DNA of 64,000 bases from an uncultured delta proteobacterium. GTDB taxonomy: Bacteria; Desulfobacterota; Binatia; UBA9968. Shown here piece by piece: positions 18,886 to 29,688 of this stretch. The notes under the pieces were generated by a model that was not told where the DNA came from, searched no databases, and worked only from the letters and a program-made list of their open reading frames with translations. Position numbers and translations under genes: made by a program. The stretch spans positions 1 to 64,000 of the forward strand of contig CAWJZV010000034.1 in NCBI GenBank assembly GCA_963847445.1, written 5' to 3'. Each line of letters opens with the position of its first letter. The first letter of the stretch is position 1.

Positions 18886-19770
18886 ATGCGCGTGGTGGTC
18901 ACAGGCGGGTCGGGGCGGTTAGGGCAGTATGTCGTTCGCGAGCTGTTTACCCATGCCCATCAAGTATCGTCGCTCGACAGCGTCAAGCCGAGGGAGTGCC
19001 CGGCGCCGACTTACGCCGTCGATCTAGGGAAATTGAATTCACTGCTCGATCATTTCAAAAATGCCGATGCGGTGATTCACCTGGCGCGCATTCGCTTTCC
19101 CTACACCGAAACCGGCTTCGATGCCGCGACGCAGAAATGGCGCTTTGCCGATCTCGCCGGCGATGCCGAGCGCTTCAATCAAAACCTGGCGATGACCAAT
19201 AATGTCCTGACGGCCGCTGAAATCGTCGGCGTAAAGAAAATCATCTGCGGCTCGAGTCTGGCGGTCTACGGACTTTACTATCCGTCCACGGAACTACTGC
19301 CGGACTACTTGCCGATTGACGAAGCTCATCCGCTGCGGCCGCAAGATCCTTATGGACTGACCAAACTGCTGGGCGAAAAACTCTGCGATGCGTTGAGCCA
19401 AAGGAGCGGTGTCGCGGTGACGAGCCTGCGTTTTTCCGGGATCTATACCGAAGCGCACCGGCCGATGCTGCTTGAGCGCAAGAAAAATCCGCTGGCGCGC
19501 GGCACCGGCGCGTTGTGGAGTTACATCGATGCCCGCGATGCCGCGCGCGCCTGCCGGGTGGCGTTGGAAGCTGATTTATCCGGCCATCAGATTTTCAATA
19601 TTGCCGCGCCGCACAACCTGGTGGATATCCCCACCCGTGAGCTGATCGGACGGTATCTGCCGCAGGTCGGCGATTTGCGCACCGGCTTGGACGGCGCTTG
19701 CAGTGGGTATAGTGTGAGCAAAGCGAAAAAAGTTTTAGGGTTCGAAGCGAACCTGTCGCTGGTGGATTGA
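18886..19770 (+). CDS. NAD-dependent epimerase/dehydratase (extended SDR)
   Basis: VVTGGSGRLG and YGLTK motifs. Confidence 0.9.
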   Translation: MRVVVTGGSGRLGQYVVRELFTHAHQVSSLDSVKPRECPAPTYAVDLGKLNSLLDHFKNADAVIHLARIRFPYTETGFDAATQKWRFADLAGDAERFNQNLAMTNNVLTAAEIVGVKKIICGSSLAVYGLYYPSTELLPDYLPIDEAHPLRPQDPYGLTKLLGEKLCDALSQRSGVAVTSLRFSGIYTEAHRPMLLERKKNPLARGTGALWSYIDARDAARACRVALEADLSGHQIFNIAAPHNLVDIPTRELIGRYLPQVGDLRTGLDGACSGYSVSKAKKVLGFEANLSLVD

Positions 19771-19792
19771 TTGAATTGGCTGGTCATTAGAA

Positions 19793-19864
19793 CCTGGATA
19801 CCCGCCTGCGCGGGTATGACGGACCTGGTCCGTCACCTGGATGCCGGCCTTCGCCGGCATGACG
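19793..19864. repeat. Two tandem REP-like hairpins (CTGGAT.CC.GCCT.CGC.GG.ATGAC)
   Basis: ctggatacccgcctgcgcgggtatgac and ctggatgccggccttcgccggcatgac. Confidence 0.75.
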
Positions 19865-19929
19865 AACGAAGACGCGAACGATGAGGTCTGATCAGCAGAG
19901 GAACTCGCAGCAGGAGTTAAAAACGTAAC

Positions 19930-21305
19930 ATGATGGATCTACGGGAATTTCTCAAAGTTTTAGAAGAAGAGCATGAACTGCAGAAGATCAAAGCCGAGGT
20001 CGATGCCAAGCACGAGCTCGGCGCGATTTGCAAGATCCACAACGAGCGCGCCAACAGCCCGGCGCTGTTGTTCGAAAACGTTAAAGGCCACAGCGCTCCA
20101 GTCGTCGGTCAGTTGCTGGCGAGCGACCGGCGCGTCGCGTTGGCCTTAGGTTTATCGCAGGAAAACGTCTTCGACGAGACCGTGCGGCGGGCCAACAAAC
20201 CGTTGCCGACGCGACTGGTGCCGAGCGGGCCATGCCAGGAAGTGGTCATGGAAGGGGACGACGTCGACGTTACCAAGTTGCCGCTGTGCACCAACAATCC
20301 GCGCGACGGCGGACCGTATATCACCGCCGGCCATGTGATTCTCCGGATCCCGAGTACGGCATGAATCTGTCGATCTACCGGATGATGTTGGTGTCGAAAA
20401 ACGAAGTGACGATTCGTTTTACTCCGGGGCACGACGGTTATGACTTCATGAAAAACGCCGAGAAGCGCGGCCAGAAAAAATTCGAAGTCGCTGTCTGCGT
20501 CGGCGTGCCGCCGGCGGTTTACGTCGCTTCGCAGTTCGAACCGCGCATCGGCGTCTATGAATTGGAAATTGCCGGCGGCTTGGCCGGGGAAGCGGTGGAT
20601 GTGGTCAAATGCCGGACCCTGGATCTCGAAGTGCCGGCGCTGACGGAATACGTGCTCGAAGGCGAGCTGACGATTCCGGCGAAAACCGGTGACGAAGGTC
20701 CCTTCGGCGAGTTCTGCGGCTACACCACCCAGCAGGTGCCGGGCGAGCGGATCATGACGATCAAAGCGATCACCCATCGGCGCAATCCGGTCTATCATAA
20801 TATCTGGCTCGGCAAGCCGCCGCATGAACATCTTTACGTCGATGCCTTGACCTATGCGGTGGCCGCCTATCAAGAGTTGAAACCGGCCTATCCGGCGTTG
20901 AAAAAAGCCTATGCGCCGCCCTGGGGCGTGTCGATCGTGTTGCTGTTGCAACTGGAAAAACGTCTCATGCGTCCCGGCATTGTCGACAATATCCTGGCCG
21001 CTTCGCTTTATACCCGCAGCGGCAAATGGAAACATGTGTTCGTCGTCGACGAAGATATCGTCATGGAAGATCCCAATGAAGTCTTGTGGGCGCTGACGAC
21101 CCGGTTTCAACCGGCGACGGATATGTTTATCATCCCGCGCGGCATCACCAGTTCGCTGGAACCGTCGGCGACAGTCGATGGGCTAACGTCAAAGCTGATG
21201 CTCGACTTGACCCGTAAAGCCAACTTTCGCGGCGAAGTCGCCGAGCCGACGGAGGGGATGCGCGAAATGGTTTTGCAGAAGTGGCAGGAGTATGGATTCA
21301 AATAA
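19930..21305 (+). CDS. UbiD-family (prFMN-dependent) decarboxylase (indel near 20345)
   Basis: DLREFL..LE, PALLFENVKG, DGGPYIT, EGPFGEF and VVDEDI...DPNEVLWALTTR. Confidence 0.92.
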
Positions 21306-21321
21306 GAGCGCTAAGCGCGCC

Positions 21322-21429
21322 GGTTCAAGCCGTTCAAAAGTTCAAAGGTTCAAGGTTCGGAGCATGACATCGGAGCATGGACTGAACTGATTTCCGACTC
21401 GTTGAACTTTGAACCCTTGAACCTTGAAC
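21322..21429. repeat. GTTCAA-core tandem repeats in inverted arrangement
   Basis: gttcaagcc gttcaaaa gttcaaag gttcaag gttc ... ttgaacttt gaaccctt gaacctt gaac. Confidence 0.8.
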
Positions 21430-21454
21430 AAGCAAGAACTATGGAAGTCTGACC

Positions 21455-22687
21455 GTGAATAAATCTAAGAAAGCGACAAAGAATAAACTGACTGTTGCCG
21501 ATATTCCCCACGTCGGTGCCGGCACGCCGGCCGGGGAATGGTTTCGCCGCTACTGGCTGGTGGTCGGCACGGTGCATGAACTGCACGACATTCCCCAGGC
21601 CGTGAAAGTCCTCGGCGAGGAGCTGGTACTGTTTCGCGATAGCAACGGCCAACTGGGTTTGCTCGGCGAGCATTGTCCGCACCGCGGCACCTCGCTTGAG
21701 TATGGCGATATCGAAGACGGCGGATTGCGCTGTCCTTATCATGGCTGGCTGTTCGACGTGCACGGCCGCTGTTTGGAAATGCCGGCGGAACCCAAGGACA
21801 GCAAATTCTGCGAGAAGGTTAAGCAGCTGTCCTATCCGGTGCGCGAGCTGGGCGGGCTGATCTTCGCCTACATGGGACCGGACCAAGCGAATCCACCGCC
21901 GCTGCCGCAATACGCGCCGCTGCTCGAGCGCGGCGGCCAGCGCCAGGTCGAGCCGGTGCGCCAGGCCGATTACAATTGGTTCAATTTTTTTGAAAACTCC
22001 GCCGACCCGGCGCATGTTTGCGTGCTTCATCGCCACGCCGGCTACGGCCAGCAGTCCTGGGGCGATCATTTTTTTAGTTACACCGATATGCCGGACTTCG
22101 AGTTCGTCGAGATGGACTACGGCATGAAAGTGGTGATGACCAAGCCTGGGCCGCAGCCAGGGACGGAGTTCGTCGACGAGATGAGCTTGGCCTTGCCGGG
22201 TATCGTGCAGGTGGGCGACACCGAGTTCGTCCATGCCAAGATGGATGCGGCGGCGTTGATCAACGAAGGCTCGCGCTGCGAGCACTGGATGTTCGTCACG
22301 CCCAACGACGATGACCACTTCATGTTGTTCACCGCCGATAATTATCTCGGGCCGGTGGCGAATTTCTTCGACAAATTGCGGGAGATGCGCGCCAAGGAAA
22401 CGCCGATCCAGGAAGTAAAGCCCTACGACAAACGCAAATACATGCCGTACAAAGGCAACGTGCGCAAAGAAGACATCATGACCCAGGGAACCCAGGGACT
22501 CTTGGGAGAGCGTCAGGAGCAGCTCGGCCGATCGGACCGTGGGGTTATCAAGTTTCGCAAGATTGTGATGGACGCGATTGCCACGGCGATGAAGGGTGGC
22601 ACGCCGAAGGGTGTGCTGGCGCAGGAACGGGCGCAAGAAACGATTCATTTGGATACGGCGGTGGGAGTGCGGCAGAAGGTCAATTAA
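21455..22687 (+). CDS. Rieske oxygenase alpha subunit, close paralog of 16683-17906
   Basis: CPHRG/CPYHGW and ENSADPAHVCVLH. Confidence 0.93.
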   Translation: MNKSKKATKNKLTVADIPHVGAGTPAGEWFRRYWLVVGTVHELHDIPQAVKVLGEELVLFRDSNGQLGLLGEHCPHRGTSLEYGDIEDGGLRCPYHGWLFDVHGRCLEMPAEPKDSKFCEKVKQLSYPVRELGGLIFAYMGPDQANPPPLPQYAPLLERGGQRQVEPVRQADYNWFNFFENSADPAHVCVLHRHAGYGQQSWGDHFFSYTDMPDFEFVEMDYGMKVVMTKPGPQPGTEFVDEMSLALPGIVQVGDTEFVHAKMDAAALINEGSRCEHWMFVTPNDDDHFMLFTADNYLGPVANFFDKLREMRAKETPIQEVKPYDKRKYMPYKGNVRKEDIMTQGTQGLLGERQEQLGRSDRGVIKFRKIVMDAIATAMKGGTPKGVLAQERAQETIHLDTAVGVRQKVN

Positions 22688-22759
22688 AAAATTCAAATTC
22701 AAAATTAAAAAATCGCATTGCTACAACAGCCATTGAAGTGGTTATTTGTGATTTCCAGT

Positions 22760-22860
22760 TCCTTCGCCCTCAGGGAGAAGGTTAGGATGAGGGCGTCTTC
22801 TAGGGGCGACCGGCGGTCGCCTTTGCCCTCACCCCAGCCCTCTCCCAGAGGGCGAGGGGG
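22760..22860. repeat. REP-like palindrome (GGGAGAAGG..AGGATGAGGG / CCCTCACCCCAGCCCTCTCCC)
   Basis: Inverted arms; same family as 13168-13246. Confidence 0.75.
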
Positions 22861-22913
22861 TAAGAGACTCGGGAGACTCACTAAGAGTTGCTTCGTTGCA
22901 CTAGGAGGAAAAC

Positions 22914-23804
22914 ATGATTCGTGGGGTTTTATTGCCGATCATCACGCCGTTCGATGACAAGGTTCAAGTCGATGAGCAGATGATGCGCCAGTTGGTCGAT
23001 TTTCATATCAAGGCCGGAGTTCAGGGGCTGTTCGTGCTCGGTTCCACCGGTCAGGGGCCGGCGATGACCACGGAGGAGCGCAAGCAGACCGCGGCGATCG
23101 CGTTGGATCAGGCCAAGAAGCGCGTGCCGGTGGTGATTCATGTCGGCACCGCCGACGCCGGCAGCGCGGTGGAGCTGGCCGAGCATGCGGCGGCGCATGG
23201 CGCCGATGCGGTGGCGATCGTGCCGCCGTATTATTATTCCGATCACACCGAGTTCGAAATCATGGCGCACTACAAAGCGGTGCATAAAGCGATGCCGCTG
23301 CCGATCTATATTTACGAGAATCCGAAATACTCCGGCATCTCGATCCCGCCGGGCTTCGCCGTGCGCATGAAAGAGCAGGTGCCGGCGTTGCAGGGCATCA
23401 AAGTCGCCTACGGCCAAGGCGCGCTGCTCGAATACGTGCGCTTGATGCCGGACGTTTCGGTCTTCACCGGCAATGCCGATTTGTTCGGCCTGGTTCCGTT
23501 TGGCGTCGCCGGCATGATCAACCCACCGACCAGTTTCGCGCCGGAAATCTGCGTCGACTTGTTCAAGAAACTCGATAGCCAGGACTACGCCGGCGCTGTC
23601 GAAGCGCAGCAGAAAGTCGATACCGCGGCGCGCATCGTCGCCGCGCGCTTGCGCAAATGGGGCCGGGTGCCGCTGCAAGAGGTCTATCGCATGCGCGGTT
23701 TCGCGGTGAAGCGTTTCCCCAAGTGGGAAACCGAGCAGATGCCCAAGGATGAGATCGCCAAACTGGAGCGCGAGCTGCGCGACAACGGCATTCTCGGTCA
23801 GTGA
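22914..23804 (+). CDS. Dihydrodipicolinate synthase/N-acetylneuraminate lyase family aldolase
   Basis: ITPFD, LGSTGQG, IVPPYYY, IYIYENP and GIK. Confidence 0.92.
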   Translation: MIRGVLLPIITPFDDKVQVDEQMMRQLVDFHIKAGVQGLFVLGSTGQGPAMTTEERKQTAAIALDQAKKRVPVVIHVGTADAGSAVELAEHAAAHGADAVAIVPPYYYSDHTEFEIMAHYKAVHKAMPLPIYIYENPKYSGISIPPGFAVRMKEQVPALQGIKVAYGQGALLEYVRLMPDVSVFTGNADLFGLVPFGVAGMINPPTSFAPEICVDLFKKLDSQDYAGAVEAQQKVDTAARIVAARLRKWGRVPLQEVYRMRGFAVKRFPKWETEQMPKDEIAKLERELRDNGILGQ

Positions 23805-23816
23805 AGCGAGGCGAAT

Positions 23817-24324
23817 TTGACGCCTGAAGCTGCCAACAAAGTTGTCGCCGGGCTCAAGCAAGCCGGCATCGACTTCGTCGCGTATCTTCCCGAGACGCGG
23901 TTGAGCGAGATCCTGCCGGTGCTTGAAGGCGGACAATTCGTTCATGCTCGTGCCGGTGGCCAGCGAAGCGGAAGCGGTCGGCATCGCCGCGGGCGCTTCC
24001 CTCGGCGGCAAGCAGCCGGCGCTGTACATGGAAGGCACCGGCCTGTTCGTCTCGTCGTACAATTTGCTCACTCTCGGTGAGCGTTACGGCGTGCCGATGC
24101 TGTTGCTGATCAGCTATATCGGCGGCATGGACGACCGGCGCAGCACGTTTCTTTACTCGCATTACGGCACGCATATGGTGCCGCAACTCGAGGCGTTGGG
24201 TATCCAGTACGAAATCGTCAAGGAAGCCACGGACATTGAAACTCATATCAAGAACGCGGTGCGGCTGATGCATGGACTGAAGCAGCCGGTGGCGCTGCTG
24301 TTTACCGGTGAGTTTACGATTTGA
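23817..24324 (+). CDS. Sulfopyruvate-decarboxylase alpha-like (ComD-like) TPP enzyme subunit (indel near 23925)
   Basis: GIDFVAYLPE, VASEAEAVGIAAGASLGGK.PALYM and PMLLLISY. Confidence 0.8.
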
Positions 24325-24385
24325 TGCAGGTAAGGGGTGAAGGGTAAGGAGTTAGGGGCAAGATGAAGATGACGAACTTGACAAG

Positions 24386-25345
24386 ATGCGATTCGTAATC
24401 GCCGTTGCGATGATTTTCTTTGTCGCTGCTTATCTCTTCGGCGCAGGCGCAGAAGATCAACATCGCCGTCTCCAACCCCGATATGTCGTTTCTCAGCGGC
24501 GGCGTGGCCAAGTTCAAAGGCTTTTTCAAAGAGGAAGGTTTGGACGCGGAGCTGGTGCAGATCACCGCCAATGTTTCGATTGCCGCGCTGGCCAGCGGCA
24601 ACGTCGATTACAATCTGATCCTGCAATCGGTGGTTACGGGAAACCTGCGCGGATTGCCGATCAAAGTCGCGGGGATTTTGATCGAGCGGCCCAATCATGT
24701 CGTTTGTCGTCAATCCGAAAATCACCCGGTTTGCCGATCTCAAAGGGAAAAAGATCGCGGTGAGTTCCTTTGGCTCGGCGACGGATATCTTGGCGCGCCT
24801 GACGGTGGAACATTTCAAGCTCAATCCCAGCAAAGATGTCCAGTTCATCGCCGCAGGCGGCGGTTCCGGACGGCTGGCCCAGTTGGAGTCGGGCCTGGTC
24901 GACGCCGCGGTGGTGGCGCCGCCGTCGGATGCGAGTCGCCGAGTCGCGCGGTTTCAAGAGCTTGGTGCGGACTCGCGATATTCTGCTGTTCCCGGTCAAC
25001 GGCGTCGGCCTGCACGAGCAGAAGTTGAAGAATCATCGCGGCGAAGTGAAGCGCGTGCTGCGCGCCCTGCTCAAGGCGAATCGGTTCATTCTCGACGATC
25101 AAGAAGGGCGCCGTCGATATTCTGCAGCAGTGGGGACGCACGTCCGGCGGTGGCGGAACAGGGCTATCTATCGTCGTCGGCACAATTTCACCCGTAACTT
25201 GCTGGCGCCGCGCGATGCCTTGGAGAAAGTCATTCGACAGCACCAAGCTTAACATCGATCTGAAACGCGACGTGTCGTTGGACGAGGTGTTCGATTCAGC
25301 CTTGTCCGGGAGATTCTCAAGGAAATGGGCGAGACGCCGGGGTGA
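24386..25345 (+). CDS. ABC substrate-binding protein, NMT1/TauA family (many indels)
   Basis: KGFFKEEGLDAELV, DLKGKKIAVSSFGS and ALLKA..FI. Confidence 0.8.
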
Positions 25346-25395
25346 GGCGTGATCGTGGATCGTGTTCGTGCTGCCGGAATTTCAATGAATGGACC

Positions 25396-25997
25396 ATGCA
25401 GCGTTACGAATGTCTCGAGCAGTTGGCTCCGTTGATCACCGACCAACTCGTCGTCACGTCTCTGAGCGGCCAGCGGGTTGAGTGGGGACATCTGTCCAAG
25501 CATGACGGCAATCTGCTGCTCGGCTCCATGGGCAACGCGCTGGCGGTCGGATTGGGGCTGGCGCTGGCGCTGCCGAAAAGAAAAGTGATCGTGCTCGAAT
25601 CCGACGGCAGCCTGCTGTTGTCGCTGTTCAACTTGCCCACGGTCGCCAACATGAATCCGGCGAATCTGGCGGTTTTTGTCTTCGACAACCAGGCCTACAG
25701 CGGCACCAAGATTAGCGAACCCACGGCCACGGCGGGCAAGACCGATCTAGCCGGCATGGCGCGCAGCGCCGGCATCGAACACGCGGTCGACCGTGCGCGA
25801 TGTCGTGTGCGTTCAAGAACGAAGCAGCCGGAGCGATCGGCGAAGCTGGGCTCAGATTTGTCGTCGCCAAGGTCGAAGAGAGCCGCGGTCATCGCAAGAT
25901 CGAGAGAACCAACGTCGATCTGCTGGAAAATAAGTATCAGTTCGTTCGCTACCTGGAGCGCACCGAAGGCAAGGCGATCTTCAGGGGAAGGGGTTAG
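25396..25997 (+). CDS. Sulfopyruvate-decarboxylase beta-like (ComE-like) TPP-binding subunit (indels near 25790)
   Basis: GSMG.AL.VGLGLALA.P.RKVIVLESDGSLL....L......PANL..FVFDN. Confidence 0.82.
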
Positions 25998-26003
25998 TTT
26001 TTC

Positions 26004-28410
26004 GTGGCAGTGAACCCGCGCAAGATCATTGGCGTGCCGACGCCAAGATCCGAAGGCCGCGAGAAAGTTTCCGGTGCGGCGATCTATGCCACGGACGTAG
26101 TCCTCCCCAACATGCTCTGGGCGAAAGCGCTGCGCAGTCCAATCGCTTACGGGCGAATCAAAAAAATCGATGTCAGCAAAGCGCTGGCGCTGCCGGGTGT
26201 TCACGGCGTGGTGACCGGCGCCGATGTCAAAGGCCAACTCATCGGGCGCAAAATCTACGACATGCCGGTTCTGCCCGATGAGGTCGTGCGCTTCATCGGC
26301 GAGAAAGTCGCGGTGGTCGCGGCGGAGACTGAGGAGATCGCCGAGGCGGCGACCGAATTGATCGATGTTGCATTATGAAGAGCTAGACGCGCTGCTCGAT
26401 CCGCTGGAAGCGGTGCAGCCGGGCGCGACGGTGCTGCATCCCAACGTGCAAAGCTACCGCGGCTTGCTGCACGAAATCAAAACGCCGAGCAATGTCTTCG
26501 TCGATCTGACTTGGACCAAGGGCGATGTCGAAGCGGGGTTCCGCGACGCTGACTTGATCATCGAAAACACTTTCACCACCCAACCGATGCATCAGGCTTA
26601 CATCGAGCCCCATTCTTGCGTCGTGCAGGCGCATAGCGCGGGCGGCGCCGATGTCTGGGCTTGTTCCAAAGTGCCATTTGCCCTGCGCGAGCAGGTCGCG
26701 ACGGCGTTGCGCCGGCCGGTGGGCGATTTTCTCATGCACCCCAGTTACATCGGCGGCTGCTTCGGCGGCAAGGGCGACTTCATGGACGTGCCGGTGTGCT
26801 ATTTGCTATCGCTCAAGAGCGGCCGGCCGGTGAAGATGGTGATGGATTATGCGGAAGAATTTATCGCCGGCAACCCGCGCCACGCCGCGGTGATCAAAGT
26901 GAAGACCGGCGTGAAGAAAGACGGCCGGCTGATCGCGCACCGCATGGACTTATGTCTACGACAGCGGCGCCTACGGCGCGTTCAAACCGCAAGGATATTT
27001 AGTCGGACCCAAGGAAGCGGCCGGGCCGTACAAGATCCCCAACGTCCATATCAACGAGAAAATCGTTTACACCAATAAAATCCCCTGCGGCCATATGCGC
27101 GCGCCGGGCGAGCCGCAGGGCTTTTTCGCCAACGAATCGCAAATGGACCTGGTGGCGCGGCGGCTGGGCATGGACCCGATCGCATTTCGACGGAAAAATC
27201 TCATGCACGACGGCGATGTTTCGCCCATCGGCCATGCGCTGCCGCATATCAAGAGCGAGGAGACTTTGGCGCAGGCGCTGGCGGCGTCGGGTTACGGTAA
27301 GCCAAAACGAAAATATGTCGGCCGCGGCTTGGCGCTGGCGCAATGGCTGCCGCTGGGCGGTGAAGGGCATGCGTTCGTGACCGTGGATGGGGGCGGCGTC
27401 ATCACCGTGTCGACCGCCATGGTCGATCAGGGCGCGGGCACCTACACGGCGATGCGGCAGATCGCCGCCAATGAGCTGCAAGTGCCGGTAGAGCAAGTTC
27501 GTTGTCAAATTCTCGACACCAGCGGCGCCGCCGCGGATACCGGTGTCGGCGCCAGCAGGGCGACGCGGATATTCGGCAATGCGACGCAGGCCGCGGCGCT
27601 TCAAGTCAAAGCAGAAATTGTTGCAGGGCGCGAGCGAAATTCTCGGGGTGCCGACGGATGACGCTTTCCTTCACCGGCGGCGGATCGATACGCAGCCGCA
27701 GCGGCAAGCCGGTTTCTTACGCCGCCATCGTCGAACGGCTCGGCGGTTCGATTCGCTGCGAAGGCGCGTACAAAAATTTCGCTAACGGTCCCGAAGCCGC
27801 TCTGGTCGTGCAAGTTGCCGAAGTCGAGGTCGACCGTGAGACCGGCCAGGTGGCAGTGAAACACTTTACCACCGCGCATAGCACCGGCACGATCATCAAT
27901 CCGTTGATGCACCAAGGGCAGATCGACGGCGGCGTCGTAACCGCGATCGGTTATGCGCTGATGGAGCAGCTGGTCATTGAGCAAGGCAAAGTAATCACGA
28001 CCAACTTCGGCGAGAATAAGATTCCGTCGATCCGCGACATCCCGCCGCTGAAAACGGTCATCCAAGAATTTCCCGTCGGCAACGGCCCCTATGGCGGCAT
28101 GAGCATCGGCGAGCCGCCGGTGCTGGTGGCGGCGGCGGCGATCGCCAATGCGGTTCACGATGCGGTCGGTGTGCGGATTTACGATCTGCCGATCACGGCG
28201 GAGAAGGTGCTGACGGCGCTGAAAGAATCTTCGGATGATGGAGTAATGGCAAGGATCATTGGAGATGATTGGGTTCCGAGTGTTAACCGCAATGAACGCA
28301 AAGTACGCAACGCATTCCGGGACTCGCAGGGCAACTCCGCTTGTCGCCCTTTCGATTCGGCTCCATTGCGCCGGATGATTTTCCCTGCTAATTCAGACTA
28401 CCATCTATGA
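26004..28410 (+). CDS. Xanthine dehydrogenase/CoxL-family molybdopterin-binding subunit (several indels; homology ends near 28230)
   Basis: KVSG.A.Y..D, HQAYIEPH, IGGCFGGK, MRAPG, DQGAG, IINP...GQIDGG and GPYGG..IGE...AAAIANAVHDAVGVR..DLPIT.EKV. Confidence 0.9.
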
Positions 28411-28914
28411 AAGACGAACTTGCCAAAAGACTGGTTCAGAGTCTCAAAGACGCTGGGATTAATTTCGTAACCTATTTGCCGGAGACTCGTTTGAGCCAGA
28501 TCGTGCCGCTGATTCGCGATGACCCGGACATGGAACTGATCGCGGTGGCCAACGAATCAGAGGCGATCACCATCGCTGCCGGAGCGACGCTCGGCGGCAA
28601 GCAGGCCGCGGTGTATATGGAAAACACCGGCATCTATACGTCCTGTTACCCATTGGTAACGGTGGGCAAGCAATTGGGCGTGCCGCTGTTGCTGGTGATC
28701 GCTTACCTCGGCGGCGTGCCGGATTGGCGCAACAGTTTTCTCTACGCCACCATCGGCAAGCATTCGATCCCCGTGCTCGACGGTTTAGGCATCGACCATA
28801 TGCTACATCGAGGATGGCGCGAAGCTTGAGATCAAAATCAAAGACGCGGTGCGGGCGGCAAATTCCTTGCGCGGTCCCTACGCGCTGTTGTTCGCCGGGG
28901 AGTTTTCCGAATGA
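28407..28914 (+). CDS. Second ComD-like TPP decarboxylase alpha subunit (indel near 28805)
   Basis: AGINFVTYLPETRL and ANESEAITIAAGATLGGK; ATGA overlap with the next gene. Confidence 0.82.
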
Positions 28915-29513
28915 TTCGCTATGAATGTTTGCAGCTCTTGGCCACTAAGATGACCGATCAATTGGTCGTGACCTCGCAAAGCGGCCAGCGCATCGAGTGG
29001 TCGCATCTATCGCGCCATGAAGGCAATTTGCTGGTCGGCATGATGGGCTGTGCCATCGGCGTGGCCACCGGGTTGGCGTTGGCGCTGCCGCAGCGAAAAG
29101 TGATCGCCCTCGACTCCGACGGCAGCGTGCTGCTTTCCCTGTTCAACTTGGCCACGCTGGGCAACTTGCGGCCGAAAAACTTGGTCGTCTATGTGTTCGA
29201 CAACGGCGTTTACAGCGGCAGCCGCATCAGCTACCCCACCGCGACCTCCGGCAACACGGATTTGGCCGCCATGGCCCAGGGCGCGGGGATCGAGAGCGCG
29301 CAAACGATCCGTGACTTCGAGGAATTCAAGCAATCGGGTATCGACGCATTGAGCAAAAGCGAGTTGGGCTTCTTTGTCTGCAAGGTCGAAGAGAGCTTGC
29401 TGCATCGCGAGATTCCCCGTCCCAACACCGATCTCGCCGAAAATAAGTACACCTTCGTCAGATATTTGGAGCGCACCGAGGAAAGAGCGATGCCGTTCGT
29501 CGGCCGCGGCTAA
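28911..29513 (+). CDS. Second ComE-like TPP decarboxylase beta subunit
   Basis: GMMG.A..VA.GLALALP.RKVIALDSDGSVLL...VFDNG. Confidence 0.85.
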   Translation: MIRYECLQLLATKMTDQLVVTSQSGQRIEWSHLSRHEGNLLVGMMGCAIGVATGLALALPQRKVIALDSDGSVLLSLFNLATLGNLRPKNLVVYVFDNGVYSGSRISYPTATSGNTDLAAMAQGAGIESAQTIRDFEEFKQSGIDALSKSELGFFVCKVEESLLHREIPRPNTDLAENKYTFVRYLERTEERAMPFVGRG

Positions 29514-29544
29514 AGTTGCTCGCTCTTGAAGAAGAATGGCCGCA

Positions 29545-29630
29545 CCCTTCGACCGCGCTCAGGGCGATCGGAATGCAATGAACACAAAGAAAGAATTCCG
29601 AAATGTCGGGGCGGGTTTTAAACCCGCCCT
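29545..29630. repeat. Two REP-like elements
   Basis: cccttcgaccgcgctcagggcga and gtcggggcgggttttaaacccgccct. Confidence 0.6.
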
Positions 29631-29688
29631 CTTGGCTTTATCCACATACGAACCTGAAGCACCAAGTTTCTAATCACGAGGAGATTTT

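Noticed and set aside
21350-24071. Long minus-strand ORFs (450 aa and 380 aa), and likewise 39034-40233 and 20109-21110
   Set aside because: Antisense shadows of well-supported plus-strand genes in high-GC DNA.
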